A stretch of DNA of 29,095 bases, taken from positions 1-29,095 of the forward strand of contig CAYJHS010000002.1 of the NCBI GenBank assembly GCA_964369815.1. Reading direction: 5' to 3'. The notes under the pieces are model-generated. The model worked only from the letters and a program-made list of their open reading frames with translations, was not told the origin of the DNA and ran no database searches. The DNA comes from an uncultured Desulfovibrionaceae bacterium (GTDB taxonomy: Bacteria > Desulfobacterota > Desulfovibrionia > Desulfovibrionales > Desulfovibrionaceae). Made by a program: the position numbers and the translations under genes. How positions within the stretch are numbered: position 1 is the first letter of the stretch; each line of letters opens with the position of its first letter. Positions 11,750 through 21,046 of this stretch are shown piece by piece.

Positions 11750-14700
11750 TTAGCCAAAGTGGATAGTTATGTCACTGTTATACACATAGGATGTACCGCT
11801 TTCTTGGGCACTGCGCGCATCGGCGGTAACATCATCATAAACAGCTGTATTAGCATTAAAAATTTGAATGGCGTCGGTAGCATCAAAGTCAGTTATGGTT
11901 ATAGAGCTGCCTTGCGAGCCATGGATATTAAAGGTATCAGCCCCTTCACCACCTGTCACCTTGGCATCGGCGGTGGTCGTATTATCAATGCCTACTGTAA
12001 TAGTATCATTGCCTGCACCGCCGTTCACGGTGCCGCTGGTGAAGTTAATATCCCAAATATTACCTGGTACTACTTCAGGGTCCATACCGACACTAATGCT
12101 ATCTCTGCCATCGCCGCCATTAATAACACTGTCGCCAGACATATTCATCGCAATAATATGATCATCAGCTAAACCGGCGGTAATCGTACCACCCTCCATG
12201 GAAAAACCAAAGTGCTTTATGGGTTCCAGACCAATTTCACCGCCATACACATTAAAACCGACATCACCTGTGGTAATAAGAACCACCTTATCTCCAGCTT
12301 TAAGCCCACCTCGCAAGAAAACAGTGTCGACAGAGTTACCAAATTCAAGGAGGCCAAAATTTTCAATGGTAACATTTTTCGCATCCCCAATGCTAATCGT
12401 ATCTTGCCCCGTTCCTGTGAAAATCTTTCCACCAACCATAGTACCTATCTCTATGGTACAATCATTGGTACTGCCTGCAATTTCACCACCGCTCATGTGC
12501 TGTACATTGATGTTGATATCGGTCAAGGCTTCGTTTACGGTTTGTATCTTACCACCAGTCATCTTGGTTGCAATAAGGTTCATAGGTGCTGAAATAGTGA
12601 CTAGAGCACCAGTGGCAATACCACCTTGTAATTGAATGTTATCGAAAAAGACGTCTTCTCCGCTAACATCATCATCAAATTCCACGTTACCTGTAATGGC
12701 TTGGACAATATTAATGGTATCATTACCAGCCCCGCCATTTATGTAGCCATGCTCCACAGATTGTACAGTAATAGTATCATTACCGGCATTTCCATATATG
12801 TCCCCACCAACAAGAGTATTCACCACAATAGCATCATTGCCGCCGTCAGCATTGATGGTTCCAGAGCTGCCAAGTTGATTTACTAAAATCGTATCATCGG
12901 ACATACCAGACTCTTCTGAGCCATTGCCAGCGTTAATTGTTCCATTCACAAAGTCTGCATGGAAAGTATCCGCCGAGGTACTACCATGAAGTAGTCCACC
13001 CTGCATAGTAAAGGCACCACTTGTGCTCGTAATCTTAAAACCAGCATTATTTGTACTCAGCGCGGTGACGACACCATTTGTACCGATGCCGCCGTCAAGT
13101 TTGAGTATTTCAAGCTCAGTATCTGCATTGGTGTATGTATATTTATGATCATTAGACACTACTTGTTCTTGTACTGTAGTTGTTTTACTATAGGCAGTTT
13201 GGTCCAAAAACACCGTAACATCACCCGCAGTGATAAACTCATCACCCCGAGCCTGAGCATTCTGCATGGCATCGGTATAATTTGTGGCGCCCACAAAAAG
13301 CGTGTCACCTTGGGCAGCGTCAAAATCATATAGATTAATCCCGCCGGAACTTTCTTGGCTTATATTAAACCTATCCGCACCAGCACCACCGGTAATGTTG
13401 TAGCCATACCCTTGACCCGATCCAGTATAAGTTGGGTTAGTAAACGTTAAATTGAGCGTATCATTGCCCGCACCGCCTGTGCTACTGCCAAGATCTGCAT
13501 ACTGGGTAGTACCTGTTATGGTAATAATATCATCACCATCTCCACCATCAGCAATAGCACCGCCAGGACTATTTATAGTTATATTAATTTTATCAGCACC
13601 GGCGCCGCCAAAGAACTTAGCATCGAAACCGCCATCGTCCATATTGACAGTAATGATGTCATTGCCACCATTGCCACTGACCACATTCGTCCGAGTAGAC
13701 GAGGAAATATTTATAGTATCAACACCTTCACTACCATAGATACCACCGCCTGTGCCATCACCTGCTTCTAGGAAAACTCCTTTGCCATCGGAAGTTGTAA
13801 CCACAAAGCCGCCCAAGCCATTTAGAAGGACTAAGCCAGTATCAGCAACAGCACCATCAAGATATAAGGTTTCTGGGGTGCTACCGATGTTCTCAAAGAT
13901 TCGCTCGCCAGTAATCTTTTCCGCAATAACAATTGATTGAGATATCTTATCAAAGTGCATCGTCAAGTCACCCACGGTGATGGATGTTTGACCACCTTCT
14001 TGGGCATTTTTGATATCCGTAGTATAATTTACACCGTCCACAAAAACGCTGTCCACAGCGGTATCAATATCACCAAGAGTTATATTGCCAGCGCTTTTAG
14101 TAATAGTAAACGTGTCTGCGCCTGCGCCACCAAGAAGCTCCATGGAGCCTGCGCTATTGCTTATATTGATGGTGTCATTAGCACCGCCGCCGTCAATGCT
14201 TCTCGCAGCGCCCGTATTTGCCTTATAGCTAACATTTATGACATCATTGCCGCCATTGGCACTTATTTTGCCACTTTGCATGTCATCAACCGTGATGAGG
14301 TCATTGCCCATATCTCCATGAACAGTGCCAGCCTTCATGGTAGTGACTGTTATGGTATCACGCGCAGCATCGTCGGCATTGGCTGTGTTATTGGTATATA
14401 CAGAGCCACTATGTAAATTCTTTATGCTAATAACATCCGCACCAAAACCACCCAAAACAGCAGCCGAGCCATAAAGATTGTTCACCGTTATTTTATCAGC
14501 GCCATATCCACCATCCACAAGGGCAGTACCGCTCGCTTGCCCCACAAAAACAGTATCACCACCACCCAAAGTATACGCCTTACCACTGCTGAGTTGCTTT
14601 ATAGAAATATTTTCAGCAGCGCTTGTGCCATTGAGAGTGCCACCGCTACCCACTTCGGCAAAAACATACTTTTCAAAATCTACAACTTTCACACCACTAT

Positions 14701-15610
14701 TAAGAAGGTTTGCCCCCATGCTAAAAGTTGTGGTGATGGCTTTACCAAGCTCAAGGGTATCGTTGGTGCCGCCACCGCCGCTTATCTGGGATATGGTGCC
14801 TGTATTGATAGTTTCATTAACAGTGATATAATCATCACCCAATCCGCCCAAAATACTCTTCATATTTTCAAGGCTATTTACCGTGATGGTATCATTACCA
14901 CTGCCGCCATTAATGCTTGTACTTTGCAACTTTGAATAGGCAACCAAGGTATCATTGCCCTGACCTAAATCGATAAGAGAGTCGGAAACAACCCTACTTT
15001 CTCCAAAGGTGGTCGTACCAAGCGTTACAACATCATGTCCGCCCAAGAGCTTATTACCTGTGCCAGTTATGGTCTTTACATCACCATAAATTTCTACATG
15101 GCTGGAACTACCTCTAAGCGTAATAATATCACTGCCGGCGGTAAACGTTTTATTGGTACCGCTGAAGGTCTCAAGGTCACCTGAAATAAGCGCTTTATTG
15201 CTTGCTGTACCTGTAATACTCCCAGAAACGATTATGGTATCCTTGCCACCGGTGACCGTGCTATTGGAGACACTCTTGGCATCACCAAGTATATTGGCAT
15301 CGCCGTGCGTTATTCTTAGAACAGTTATCCTGTCATTACCACCGGTGAGCTTGCTGCCACTCACCACCATGGCATCGCCGGTGATAGTAGCATTTTTTAA
15401 GTACTCCGTAGACGCATCAATGGTGTCATTGCCGCCCTTAATGGTGGACTTATCTGCACCGCGTATATCACCGGAAACAACACGATGCTCAGTATCACTT
15501 GGCCCTATGATATCATCAATGACTGTCTTTTGTGACTTGGCTGTATAGGTCTTGGATGTTTGTTTAGTGCCAGTATCAAGAAATAAATCCTTAGTGTTAT
15601 CGTAGGCCAT
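11750..15610 (-). CDS. RTX-like calcium-binding repeat protein (1286 aa), probable type I-secreted surface or S-layer-like protein
   Basis: Many GGxGxD repeats, no signal peptide, and a C-terminal GGEGADTF...ITITDFDATDAI cap typical of RTX proteins. First 553 aa are identical to 8713..11514. Confidence 0.85.
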   Translation of the reverse strand: MAYDNTKDLFLDTGTKQTSKTYTAKSQKTVIDDIIGPSDTEHRVVSGDIRGADKSTIKGGNDTIDASTEYLKNATITGDAMVVSGSKLTGGNDRITVLRITHGDANILGDAKSVSNSTVTGGKDTIIVSGSITGTASNKALISGDLETFSGTNKTFTAGSDIITLRGSSSHVEIYGDVKTITGTGNKLLGGHDVVTLGTTTFGESRVVSDSLIDLGQGNDTLVAYSKLQSTSINGGSGNDTITVNSLENMKSILGGLGDDYITVNETINTGTISQISGGGGTNDTLELGKAITTTFSMGANLLNSGVKVVDFEKYVFAEVGSGGTLNGTSAAENISIKQLSSGKAYTLGGGDTVFVGQASGTALVDGGYGADKITVNNLYGSAAVLGGFGADVISIKNLHSGSVYTNNTANADDAARDTITVTTMKAGTVHGDMGNDLITVDDMQSGKISANGGNDVINVSYKANTGAARSIDGGGANDTINISNSAGSMELLGGAGADTFTITKSAGNITLGDIDTAVDSVFVDGVNYTTDIKNAQEGGQTSITVGDLTMHFDKISQSIVIAEKITGERIFENIGSTPETLYLDGAVADTGLVLLNGLGGFVVTTSDGKGVFLEAGDGTGGGIYGSEGVDTINISSSTRTNVVSGNGGNDIITVNMDDGGFDAKFFGGAGADKINITINSPGGAIADGGDGDDIITITGTTQYADLGSSTGGAGNDTLNLTFTNPTYTGSGQGYGYNITGGAGADRFNISQESSGGINLYDFDAAQGDTLFVGATNYTDAMQNAQARGDEFITAGDVTVFLDQTAYSKTTTVQEQVVSNDHKYTYTNADTELEILKLDGGIGTNGVVTALSTNNAGFKITSTSGAFTMQGGLLHGSTSADTFHADFVNGTINAGNGSEESGMSDDTILVNQLGSSGTINADGGNDAIVVNTLVGGDIYGNAGNDTITVQSVEHGYINGGAGNDTINIVQAITGNVEFDDDVSGEDVFFDNIQLQGGIATGALVTISAPMNLIATKMTGGKIQTVNEALTDININVQHMSGGEIAGSTNDCTIEIGTMVGGKIFTGTGQDTISIGDAKNVTIENFGLLEFGNSVDTVFLRGGLKAGDKVVLITTGDVGFNVYGGEIGLEPIKHFGFSMEGGTITAGLADDHIIAMNMSGDSVINGGDGRDSISVGMDPEVVPGNIWDINFTSGTVNGGAGNDTITVGIDNTTTADAKVTGGEGADTFNIHGSQGSSITITDFDATDAIQIFNANTAVYDDVTADARSAQESGTSYVYNSDITIHFG

Positions 15611-15668
15611 GGTGTTTCCCTCCCAAGATTAATAATGGCTAATAATGCTCATAGTGAAAAACTCTATT
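13950..15668. repeat. Direct repeat copy 2 (1719 bp), with near-identity continuing to about 15745
   Basis: Matches 9854-11572. Confidence 0.93.
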
Positions 15669-15692
15669 ATAATTACAATTTCTATTCTCCAC

Positions 15693-15735
15693 CACATAAC
15701 GTAAACCTAAAGGCCTGTCAACGTAAGCGCTTACG
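15693..15735 (-). promoter_or_regulatory. Putative promoter (-35 TTGACA) with adjacent perfect palindrome CGTAAGCGCTTACG
   Basis: TTGACA at 15721..15716 and the palindrome at 15722-15735. Confidence 0.6.
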
Positions 15736-15898
15736 AGGCGCATTCACATAAACGAGGCCTGTGCTTTCCACACATTAAGCTCAACCCAGCCCAAGTACAA
15801 AAGCTCGACTTTTATAACAACATCGTGTATCATTCTTTGTCCTTTGCTACAAGGAGGACAGTAAGACTTACATGTTTTATCTGTCATAAGGAGACATT

Positions 15899-17218
15899 AT
15901 GCCCTGTCGCATCATACAATGCACCACAGAAAAAGATTGGCCGCTTTTAGAGAAAATTCTAAAAGGGCGTGAAAATACAGAAGAAACCGTCGACGGTGTC
16001 GTACAAAAAATTTTGCACGACGTACAAGAACGTGGCGACACTGCACTTTTAGAATATACCAAGCGCTTCGACTGCCCAAACCTTCCTGAAGATTTTTCCT
16101 TGCGCCTTGACGTGGCAGACATTGCCAAGGGCGCTGCGCAGGTAGCCGGCGAAGATATGCACATCATTGCAGAAGCAGCACAAAACATTCGCACCTTCCA
16201 CGAAGCACAAGTGGAAAAATCTTGGTTTGTTACTCGTGAGGACGGAACAATTTTAGGGCAAAAAGTGCTTCCCGTGGACAGAGCCGGCCTCTATGTGCCT
16301 GGCGGGCAAGGCGGTAACACGCCTCTGCTTTCAAGCTTACTCATGAATGCCATTCCGGCACAAGTGGCCGGTGTCACCAGTCTTGCGGTTGTAACTCCTC
16401 CTCGCAAGGACGGTAGTATCAACCCGCATATTTTAGCCGTGGCACACCTACTCGACATTGATGAAGTATATTGTCTAGGATCAGCTTGGGCCATTGCTGC
16501 CTTAACCTATGGCACCCAAAGCATTAAGCCTGTTGACGTCATTGTGGGCCCCGGAAATATTTATGTAACCACCGCCAAGCGCATGGTGCAAGGACGTGTG
16601 GGCATTGATATGATTGCCGGCCCCAGCGAGGTGCTCGTTTTAGCAGACGGAAGCGCCAATCCCGCTTGGGTCGCCGCCGACATGCTTTCCCAAGCAGAGC
16701 ACGACAGCCTAGCCTCTGCCGTGTGTATTACCGACACCCCCTTCATGGCAGAAGCCATTGAACGAGAGCTTAACACCCAGTGCGCCGCCCTACCCCGCGC
16801 AGACTTAGCACGTAAATCTTTAGACGATTACGGCGCCATTGTGGTAGTACCTAACATGCGTGTAGGCATTGCCCTTGCCAATAAAGTAGCACCAGAGCAC
16901 CTTGAGCTATGTGTCAAAGATCCATGGGGTATGATGCCCCGCATCACCAATGCTGGCGCCATCTTTATGGGTTCTCACTCCCCTGAAGCCGTAGGGGACT
17001 ATTATGCAGGGCCAAACCATGTGCTCCCTACCATGGGTACAGCACGTTTTTCCTCGGCTTTGTCGGTACAAACTTTTTATAAACGTTCGTCCATTGTAGC
17101 AGCTTCACCGTCCTTTGTGCAAAAACATGCCAGCGCCATAGCCCGCTTGGCTCGCCTTGAAGGACTAGAAGCACATGCTAAGTCCATTGAATGCCGCGTG
17201 AAAAAAGGGGCTGAATAG
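15899..17218 (+). CDS. hisD: Histidinol dehydrogenase
   Basis: GLYVPGG, GPGNIYV, IDMIAGPSE, SQAEHD, APEHLEL and GDYYAGPNHVLPT motifs; AAGGAG RBS. Confidence 0.96.
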   Translation: MPCRIIQCTTEKDWPLLEKILKGRENTEETVDGVVQKILHDVQERGDTALLEYTKRFDCPNLPEDFSLRLDVADIAKGAAQVAGEDMHIIAEAAQNIRTFHEAQVEKSWFVTREDGTILGQKVLPVDRAGLYVPGGQGGNTPLLSSLLMNAIPAQVAGVTSLAVVTPPRKDGSINPHILAVAHLLDIDEVYCLGSAWAIAALTYGTQSIKPVDVIVGPGNIYVTTAKRMVQGRVGIDMIAGPSEVLVLADGSANPAWVAADMLSQAEHDSLASAVCITDTPFMAEAIERELNTQCAALPRADLARKSLDDYGAIVVVPNMRVGIALANKVAPEHLELCVKDPWGMMPRITNAGAIFMGSHSPEAVGDYYAGPNHVLPTMGTARFSSALSVQTFYKRSSIVAASPSFVQKHASAIARLARLEGLEAHAKSIECRVKKGAE

Positions 17219-17229
17219 ATTCTTTAATT

Positions 17230-17280
17230 TTTTTTTGGGGGAATCTTTTTTGTCCACAAAAAAGATTCCCCCCAAAAAAA
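17230..17280 (+). repeat. Intergenic G-run/C-run hairpin repeat (family A)
   Basis: GGGGGAATCTTTTTTGT-CC-ACAAAAAAGATTCCCCC, preceded by a T-run and followed by an A-run. Confidence 0.8.
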
Positions 17281-17304
17281 CTAAATAAAACTCATAGGAG
17301 CACC

Positions 17305-18273
17305 ATGAAAGTCTTACTTGGCTGTGTCAACAGTGCCGTATCCCTTGTGGGTTACGATACAAAAACGCATACTCCATTTTGGTATTGCCCTGGCAATGTC
17401 TTGCGGGTATGCGGCATTTGCACAGACGAGCATTCTCTATGGGTGGCTTCTGACAATATGCTCAGCCGCCTAGGCACTGATGGGGTGGTACACAAAAACC
17501 TCCCAGGCCCCATGGATAACTTAGCACACAGTGTTAAAGCTTTAAGCCAAGACATGCTTGCTATTGTGGATACGGGCAATTCTCGTGTTTTGCTCTACAA
17601 TAAAGAAAGTGACATTATTTTAAGCAGTTCTCCTTTGCAGGGGTGGGAAGCCAGCGAAATTCCATTGCCACACGACGCCATTCATTGTAATGATATCTTG
17701 GCGTGGCGTGAGGGATTTTTGCTCTCGGCCTTTTCGCACCAGCCCTTTAGGGAGGTACAAAAACATTGCCCTTCATGGAAAAAAGAAGGGCTGGGCTTGA
17801 TTTATTACATGCGCCGAAAGGGGGGCAAGACGGTCACTTCTGTGGTAGCGTCGGGTTTAAATTGTCCGCATTCTTTGGTGGAGCATGCCGGTAGTATTTA
17901 TTGTTGCTCCTCATCCACAGGCGATTTTTATCGCCTTGTACCGGCTAACAACGGCGGACTGAACTTTGATTGTGCATGGAAAGTGACAGATTCACATTTT
18001 TTGCGTGGTGCCTTACGCGTTGAAGACGGCTGGTTACTTGGCGGCTCTTCACGTAGGGAGCAAAGTGCAGACGATGGGGGCATGGTGCTCTTTCATCTTA
18101 ATGATGCGGGTATGGTCACGAAGTACAATGTGGCTAATACCGGAGAAATTTACGACATAATACCTTGGAACGCCAACATTATGCAGGGCGTAGCAAGGCA
18201 ATGCTTAGAGCTGCCAACGATAGATTTACCGGGAAGTTTTCCGGCTCGTTGTGGCCTTGAAACTTTGAAATAA
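17305..18273 (+). CDS. Hypothetical protein, probable beta-propeller (DUF4915/TIGR03032-like)
   Basis: 322 aa with an AGGAG RBS. Motifs IVDTGNSRV, HCNDI, GLNCPHSL, HFLRGA and EIYDI are reminiscent of that family; the family call is from memory. Confidence 0.55.
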   Translation: MKVLLGCVNSAVSLVGYDTKTHTPFWYCPGNVLRVCGICTDEHSLWVASDNMLSRLGTDGVVHKNLPGPMDNLAHSVKALSQDMLAIVDTGNSRVLLYNKESDIILSSSPLQGWEASEIPLPHDAIHCNDILAWREGFLLSAFSHQPFREVQKHCPSWKKEGLGLIYYMRRKGGKTVTSVVASGLNCPHSLVEHAGSIYCCSSSTGDFYRLVPANNGGLNFDCAWKVTDSHFLRGALRVEDGWLLGGSSRREQSADDGGMVLFHLNDAGMVTKYNVANTGEIYDIIPWNANIMQGVARQCLELPTIDLPGSFPARCGLETLK

Positions 18274-18287
18274 CTGTAGGGGGATAT

Positions 18288-19187
18288 ATGAAAGTAGTCA
18301 TGCAAACCACCGTAGATGCCTTTCCGCTTATTGCACGCGGAAAAGTGCGAGACATGTACGAAATTGACGCAGAAACATTGCTCATCGTCACTACCGACCG
18401 CATGTCGGCCTTTGACGTTATCATGAACGAGCCAGTGCCATACAAGGGTGTTATTCTTAATAAAATCACCTTGTTTTGGATGGAACGCTTCAAGGATATT
18501 ATTGCCAATCACCTCATAGAAAGTGACGTGAATGCCTATCCCGCTGCACTACATCCTTGGAAAGACGAGCTGGAAGGGCGCTCTGTTTTAGTAAAAAAAG
18601 CCAAGCCCTTGCCTGTAGAATGTATTGTTCGTGGTTGTTTGACTGGTTCCGGCTGGAAAGATTACAAAGCAACCGGCACTCTTTGTGGCTATACCTTACC
18701 TGAAAACCTTAAAGAATCCGCCAAACTGGAGCCTGCACTCTTTACTCCGTCCACCAAGGCAGAAATTGGCGAGCACGATGAAAATATTACCGTAGAAGCT
18801 GCCAGAAAGCTTCTTGGTGACGACATAGCCCGCAAAGTAGAAGATGTTTCTTTACGCATTTTTGAAGCAGGTCGCGCCTATGCCGCCACTCGTGGTATCC
18901 TTATGGCGGATACAAAATTTGAGTTTGGTCTTGTCAATGACGAACTTGTACTCATTGATGAAGTCATGACCCCTGATTCTTCACGTTTTTGGCCTGCTGA
19001 CCAATACGAAGAAGGGCGTGGACAACCAAGTTTTGACAAGCAGTACCTTCGTGATTGGCTTGCAAAGCAACCTTGGGATAAAACACCACCGCCACCGACG
19101 CTACCACAAGACGTCATTGAGGCCACAGCAGAGCGTTATGCTAAAGCCTACGAAATTCTTACCGGTACATCCTTCAACGCACAATAG
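18288..19187 (+). CDS. purC: Phosphoribosylaminoimidazolesuccinocarboxamide (SAICAR) synthase
   Basis: RGKVRDMY, TDRMSAFD, PVECIVRG, FTPSTKA, ADTKFEFG, DEVMTPDSSRFW and SFDKQYLRDW motifs. Confidence 0.97.
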   Translation: MKVVMQTTVDAFPLIARGKVRDMYEIDAETLLIVTTDRMSAFDVIMNEPVPYKGVILNKITLFWMERFKDIIANHLIESDVNAYPAALHPWKDELEGRSVLVKKAKPLPVECIVRGCLTGSGWKDYKATGTLCGYTLPENLKESAKLEPALFTPSTKAEIGEHDENITVEAARKLLGDDIARKVEDVSLRIFEAGRAYAATRGILMADTKFEFGLVNDELVLIDEVMTPDSSRFWPADQYEEGRGQPSFDKQYLRDWLAKQPWDKTPPPPTLPQDVIEATAERYAKAYEILTGTSFNAQ

Positions 19188-19198
19188 GGAGAATAACT

Positions 19199-19963
19199 AT
19201 GTTACTTAAAGGAAAAAAAGCACTCATCCTTGGTGTTGCCAACAATAAAAGTATTGCCTACGGCGTAGCCGAGGCCTTTAAAGCCCAAGGTGCACGTATG
19301 GCCTTTAGCTATGTGGGTGATGCCATTAAAAAACGTGTAGAACCTATCAGCGAAGAAATGGGTGGTGAATTTACTGTTGCCATTGACGTGTGCGACGAAA
19401 CACAAATAGCCGAAGCTGTAAAATTTGTTCAAGAACAATGGGGAACCTTTGATATCCTCATCCATTCAGTAGCCTTTGCCAATCGTGAAGACCTCCAAGG
19501 TCGCTTCCTCGATACCAAACGCCCCGGCTATCAGCTGGCACAAGACGTTTCCTCCTACTCCCTCACCGCCGTGTGCCAAGCCTTTGAACCCCTGCTTGCC
19601 GACGGCGCTTCCGTCATTACCATGACCTACAATGGTTCACAAAGAGTGCTGCCCGGCTACAATGTCATGGGCGTAGCCAAGGCTTCCTTAGAATGTTCTA
19701 TGCGCTACCTCGCCTATGACCTTGGTGCAAAAAATATTCGCGTCAATGCCATTTCCGCAGGCCCCATCAAAACACTGGCCGCTTCCGCCGTGTCTAGCCT
19801 TAAAAATATCTTCACACATATTGAAGAACACGCCCCTCTACGCCGCAAGGTTACTACCGAAGATGTGGGCAACTCCGCTGTATATCTTGCCTCCAACTTA
19901 TCCAGCGCCGTCACAGGACAGATTATCTATGTGGATGGCGGCTATAACATTATGGGAATTTAG
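19199..19963 (+). CDS. fabI: Enoyl-ACP reductase
   Basis: LGVANNKSIAYG, HSVAFA, YNVMGVAKASLE and RVNAISAGPIKTLAAS motifs. Confidence 0.96.
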   Translation: MLLKGKKALILGVANNKSIAYGVAEAFKAQGARMAFSYVGDAIKKRVEPISEEMGGEFTVAIDVCDETQIAEAVKFVQEQWGTFDILIHSVAFANREDLQGRFLDTKRPGYQLAQDVSSYSLTAVCQAFEPLLADGASVITMTYNGSQRVLPGYNVMGVAKASLECSMRYLAYDLGAKNIRVNAISAGPIKTLAASAVSSLKNIFTHIEEHAPLRRKVTTEDVGNSAVYLASNLSSAVTGQIIYVDGGYNIMGI

Positions 19964-19970
19964 TTTTTTA

Positions 19971-20070
19971 TTTTTTGGGGGAACTTTTTTGAAAAAAAGT
20001 TCCCCCAAGCCCCTCAAAAAACTTTCATAGCGACCACACCCTATTTTTAATAATACATCACGGCGCAATG
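19971..20070 (+). repeat. Extended family A repeat (hairpin plus about 60-nt tail)
   Basis: GGGGGAACTTTTTTGAAAAAAAGTTCCCCC followed by AAGCCCCTCAAAAAACTTTC...CACCCTATTTTTAATAATA..., homologous to 28871-28980. Confidence 0.8.
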
Positions 20071-20073
20071 AAA

Positions 20074-20109
20074 TAAAGGGAGTACATGTTGTTACATATA
20101 CTCCCTTTA
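20074..20109. terminator. Hairpin between convergent genes, probable terminator
   Basis: TAAAGGGAGTACATGT-TGTT-ACATATACTCCCTTTA, a 16-bp stem with one mismatch. Confidence 0.7.
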
Positions 20110-20138
20110 ATATTTAATAATCGCAATGTGTTATAGTA

Positions 20139-20732
20139 TTATCTAGGTTGCTTTCGCAATACCTCACATTTTTCATACAAATCTCGTACTTTTTGGCTTT
20201 TGCTATCTACTTCAACACCTTTCTTTAAATAGGGAAAAGCCCGCTTAGGAGCGTTTGCTTCCATAAGTGCCTCACCAATGAGAGCAAAAAGAGTATGCTC
20301 ATCTTTATAAAACTTGATAGCTTCGCTAAAGCACTGATCTGCTTCCGAAACATTATTTTGCTGCAAAAATTTTTTCGCATCATTAAAAGCTTTATCAATT
20401 TTTAGCTTACGAACTTTTGCCTCGGCATGACTTTCTTTATCTTTATTTGCCATAACCGTCTTAAACACATGAGCAAAAGGCACAAGCAGCGCCTTTTCCT
20501 GCCCTTGCACATAGACAATAGGTTCTCCTGTAATGTCTGTAACCATAGGTTCTTTGCCAATAAGCGTCACCACTTCACGCAAAGCACCGCCTACTTCCGG
20601 TGACGGCACCGCATCCCCCATATTGCGCAAAGCCATAATAATGGCACCAACACACTCAAGGTTTTTTTTCTGTGTGTACATAATCTTGGCTCTTACCAAT
20701 TGATCACGAATTTCTTTTGCAGTCATATTCAT
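20139..20732 (-). CDS. Hypothetical protein with C-terminal TPR-like helices
   Basis: Helical ORF with a TPR-like pattern (EADQCFSEAIK...LIGEALM...AFPYLKKGVEVD). The ATG at 20732 (or 20726) is preferred to the track's non-ATG start at 20771. Confidence 0.65.
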   Translation of the reverse strand: MNMTAKEIRDQLVRAKIMYTQKKNLECVGAIIMALRNMGDAVPSPEVGGALREVVTLIGKEPMVTDITGEPIVYVQGQEKALLVPFAHVFKTVMANKDKESHAEAKVRKLKIDKAFNDAKKFLQQNNVSEADQCFSEAIKFYKDEHTLFALIGEALMEANAPKRAFPYLKKGVEVDSKSQKVRDLYEKCEVLRKQPR

Positions 20733-21046
20733 ACCCAATACTATAAAGATATATGGAAAAATTAATAACACACTAAGTCTATGCTAGATATACATAAATT
20801 GCAAGCGCAAGGCACAATGCTAGATACTTAATTGCCACCACATGCACCACTGTAATGTATAAATCAGTCTTACAATGCAATAGTTATATTTCAAAGCTTT
20901 TAAGAAAGAGCCCTCTCTCGTGCCCAAAGTCAAGCCAGAAAATTCTTCATACCGAAATATAGTACCTTCACTTTACAGACATACTTTTCTACCCTTGACA
21001 GATAGCCAAGGCTTGCTTATTTTTAACTTTTGCTAAGGAGACTTTT

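Noticed and set aside
8717..15548. Many plus-strand ORFs opposite the RTX genes
   Set aside because: They are antisense shadows of Gly/Asn/Asp-rich repeats, and their duplication only reflects the direct repeat.
9854..15668. Repeat offset of exactly 4096 bp as a sign of a computational artefact
   Set aside because: It equals gene length (3861) plus spacer (235). Both genes are in frame, the breakpoint is on a module boundary, and the flanking promoters differ by indels and substitutions. This is likely coincidence, though assembly homogenisation still needs a read check.
8713..15668. Diversity-generating retroelement or invertible shufflon as the explanation for the repeat
   Set aside because: No reverse transcriptase or recombinase is in the window, there are no adenine-specific mismatches between the copies, and the repeats are direct rather than inverted.
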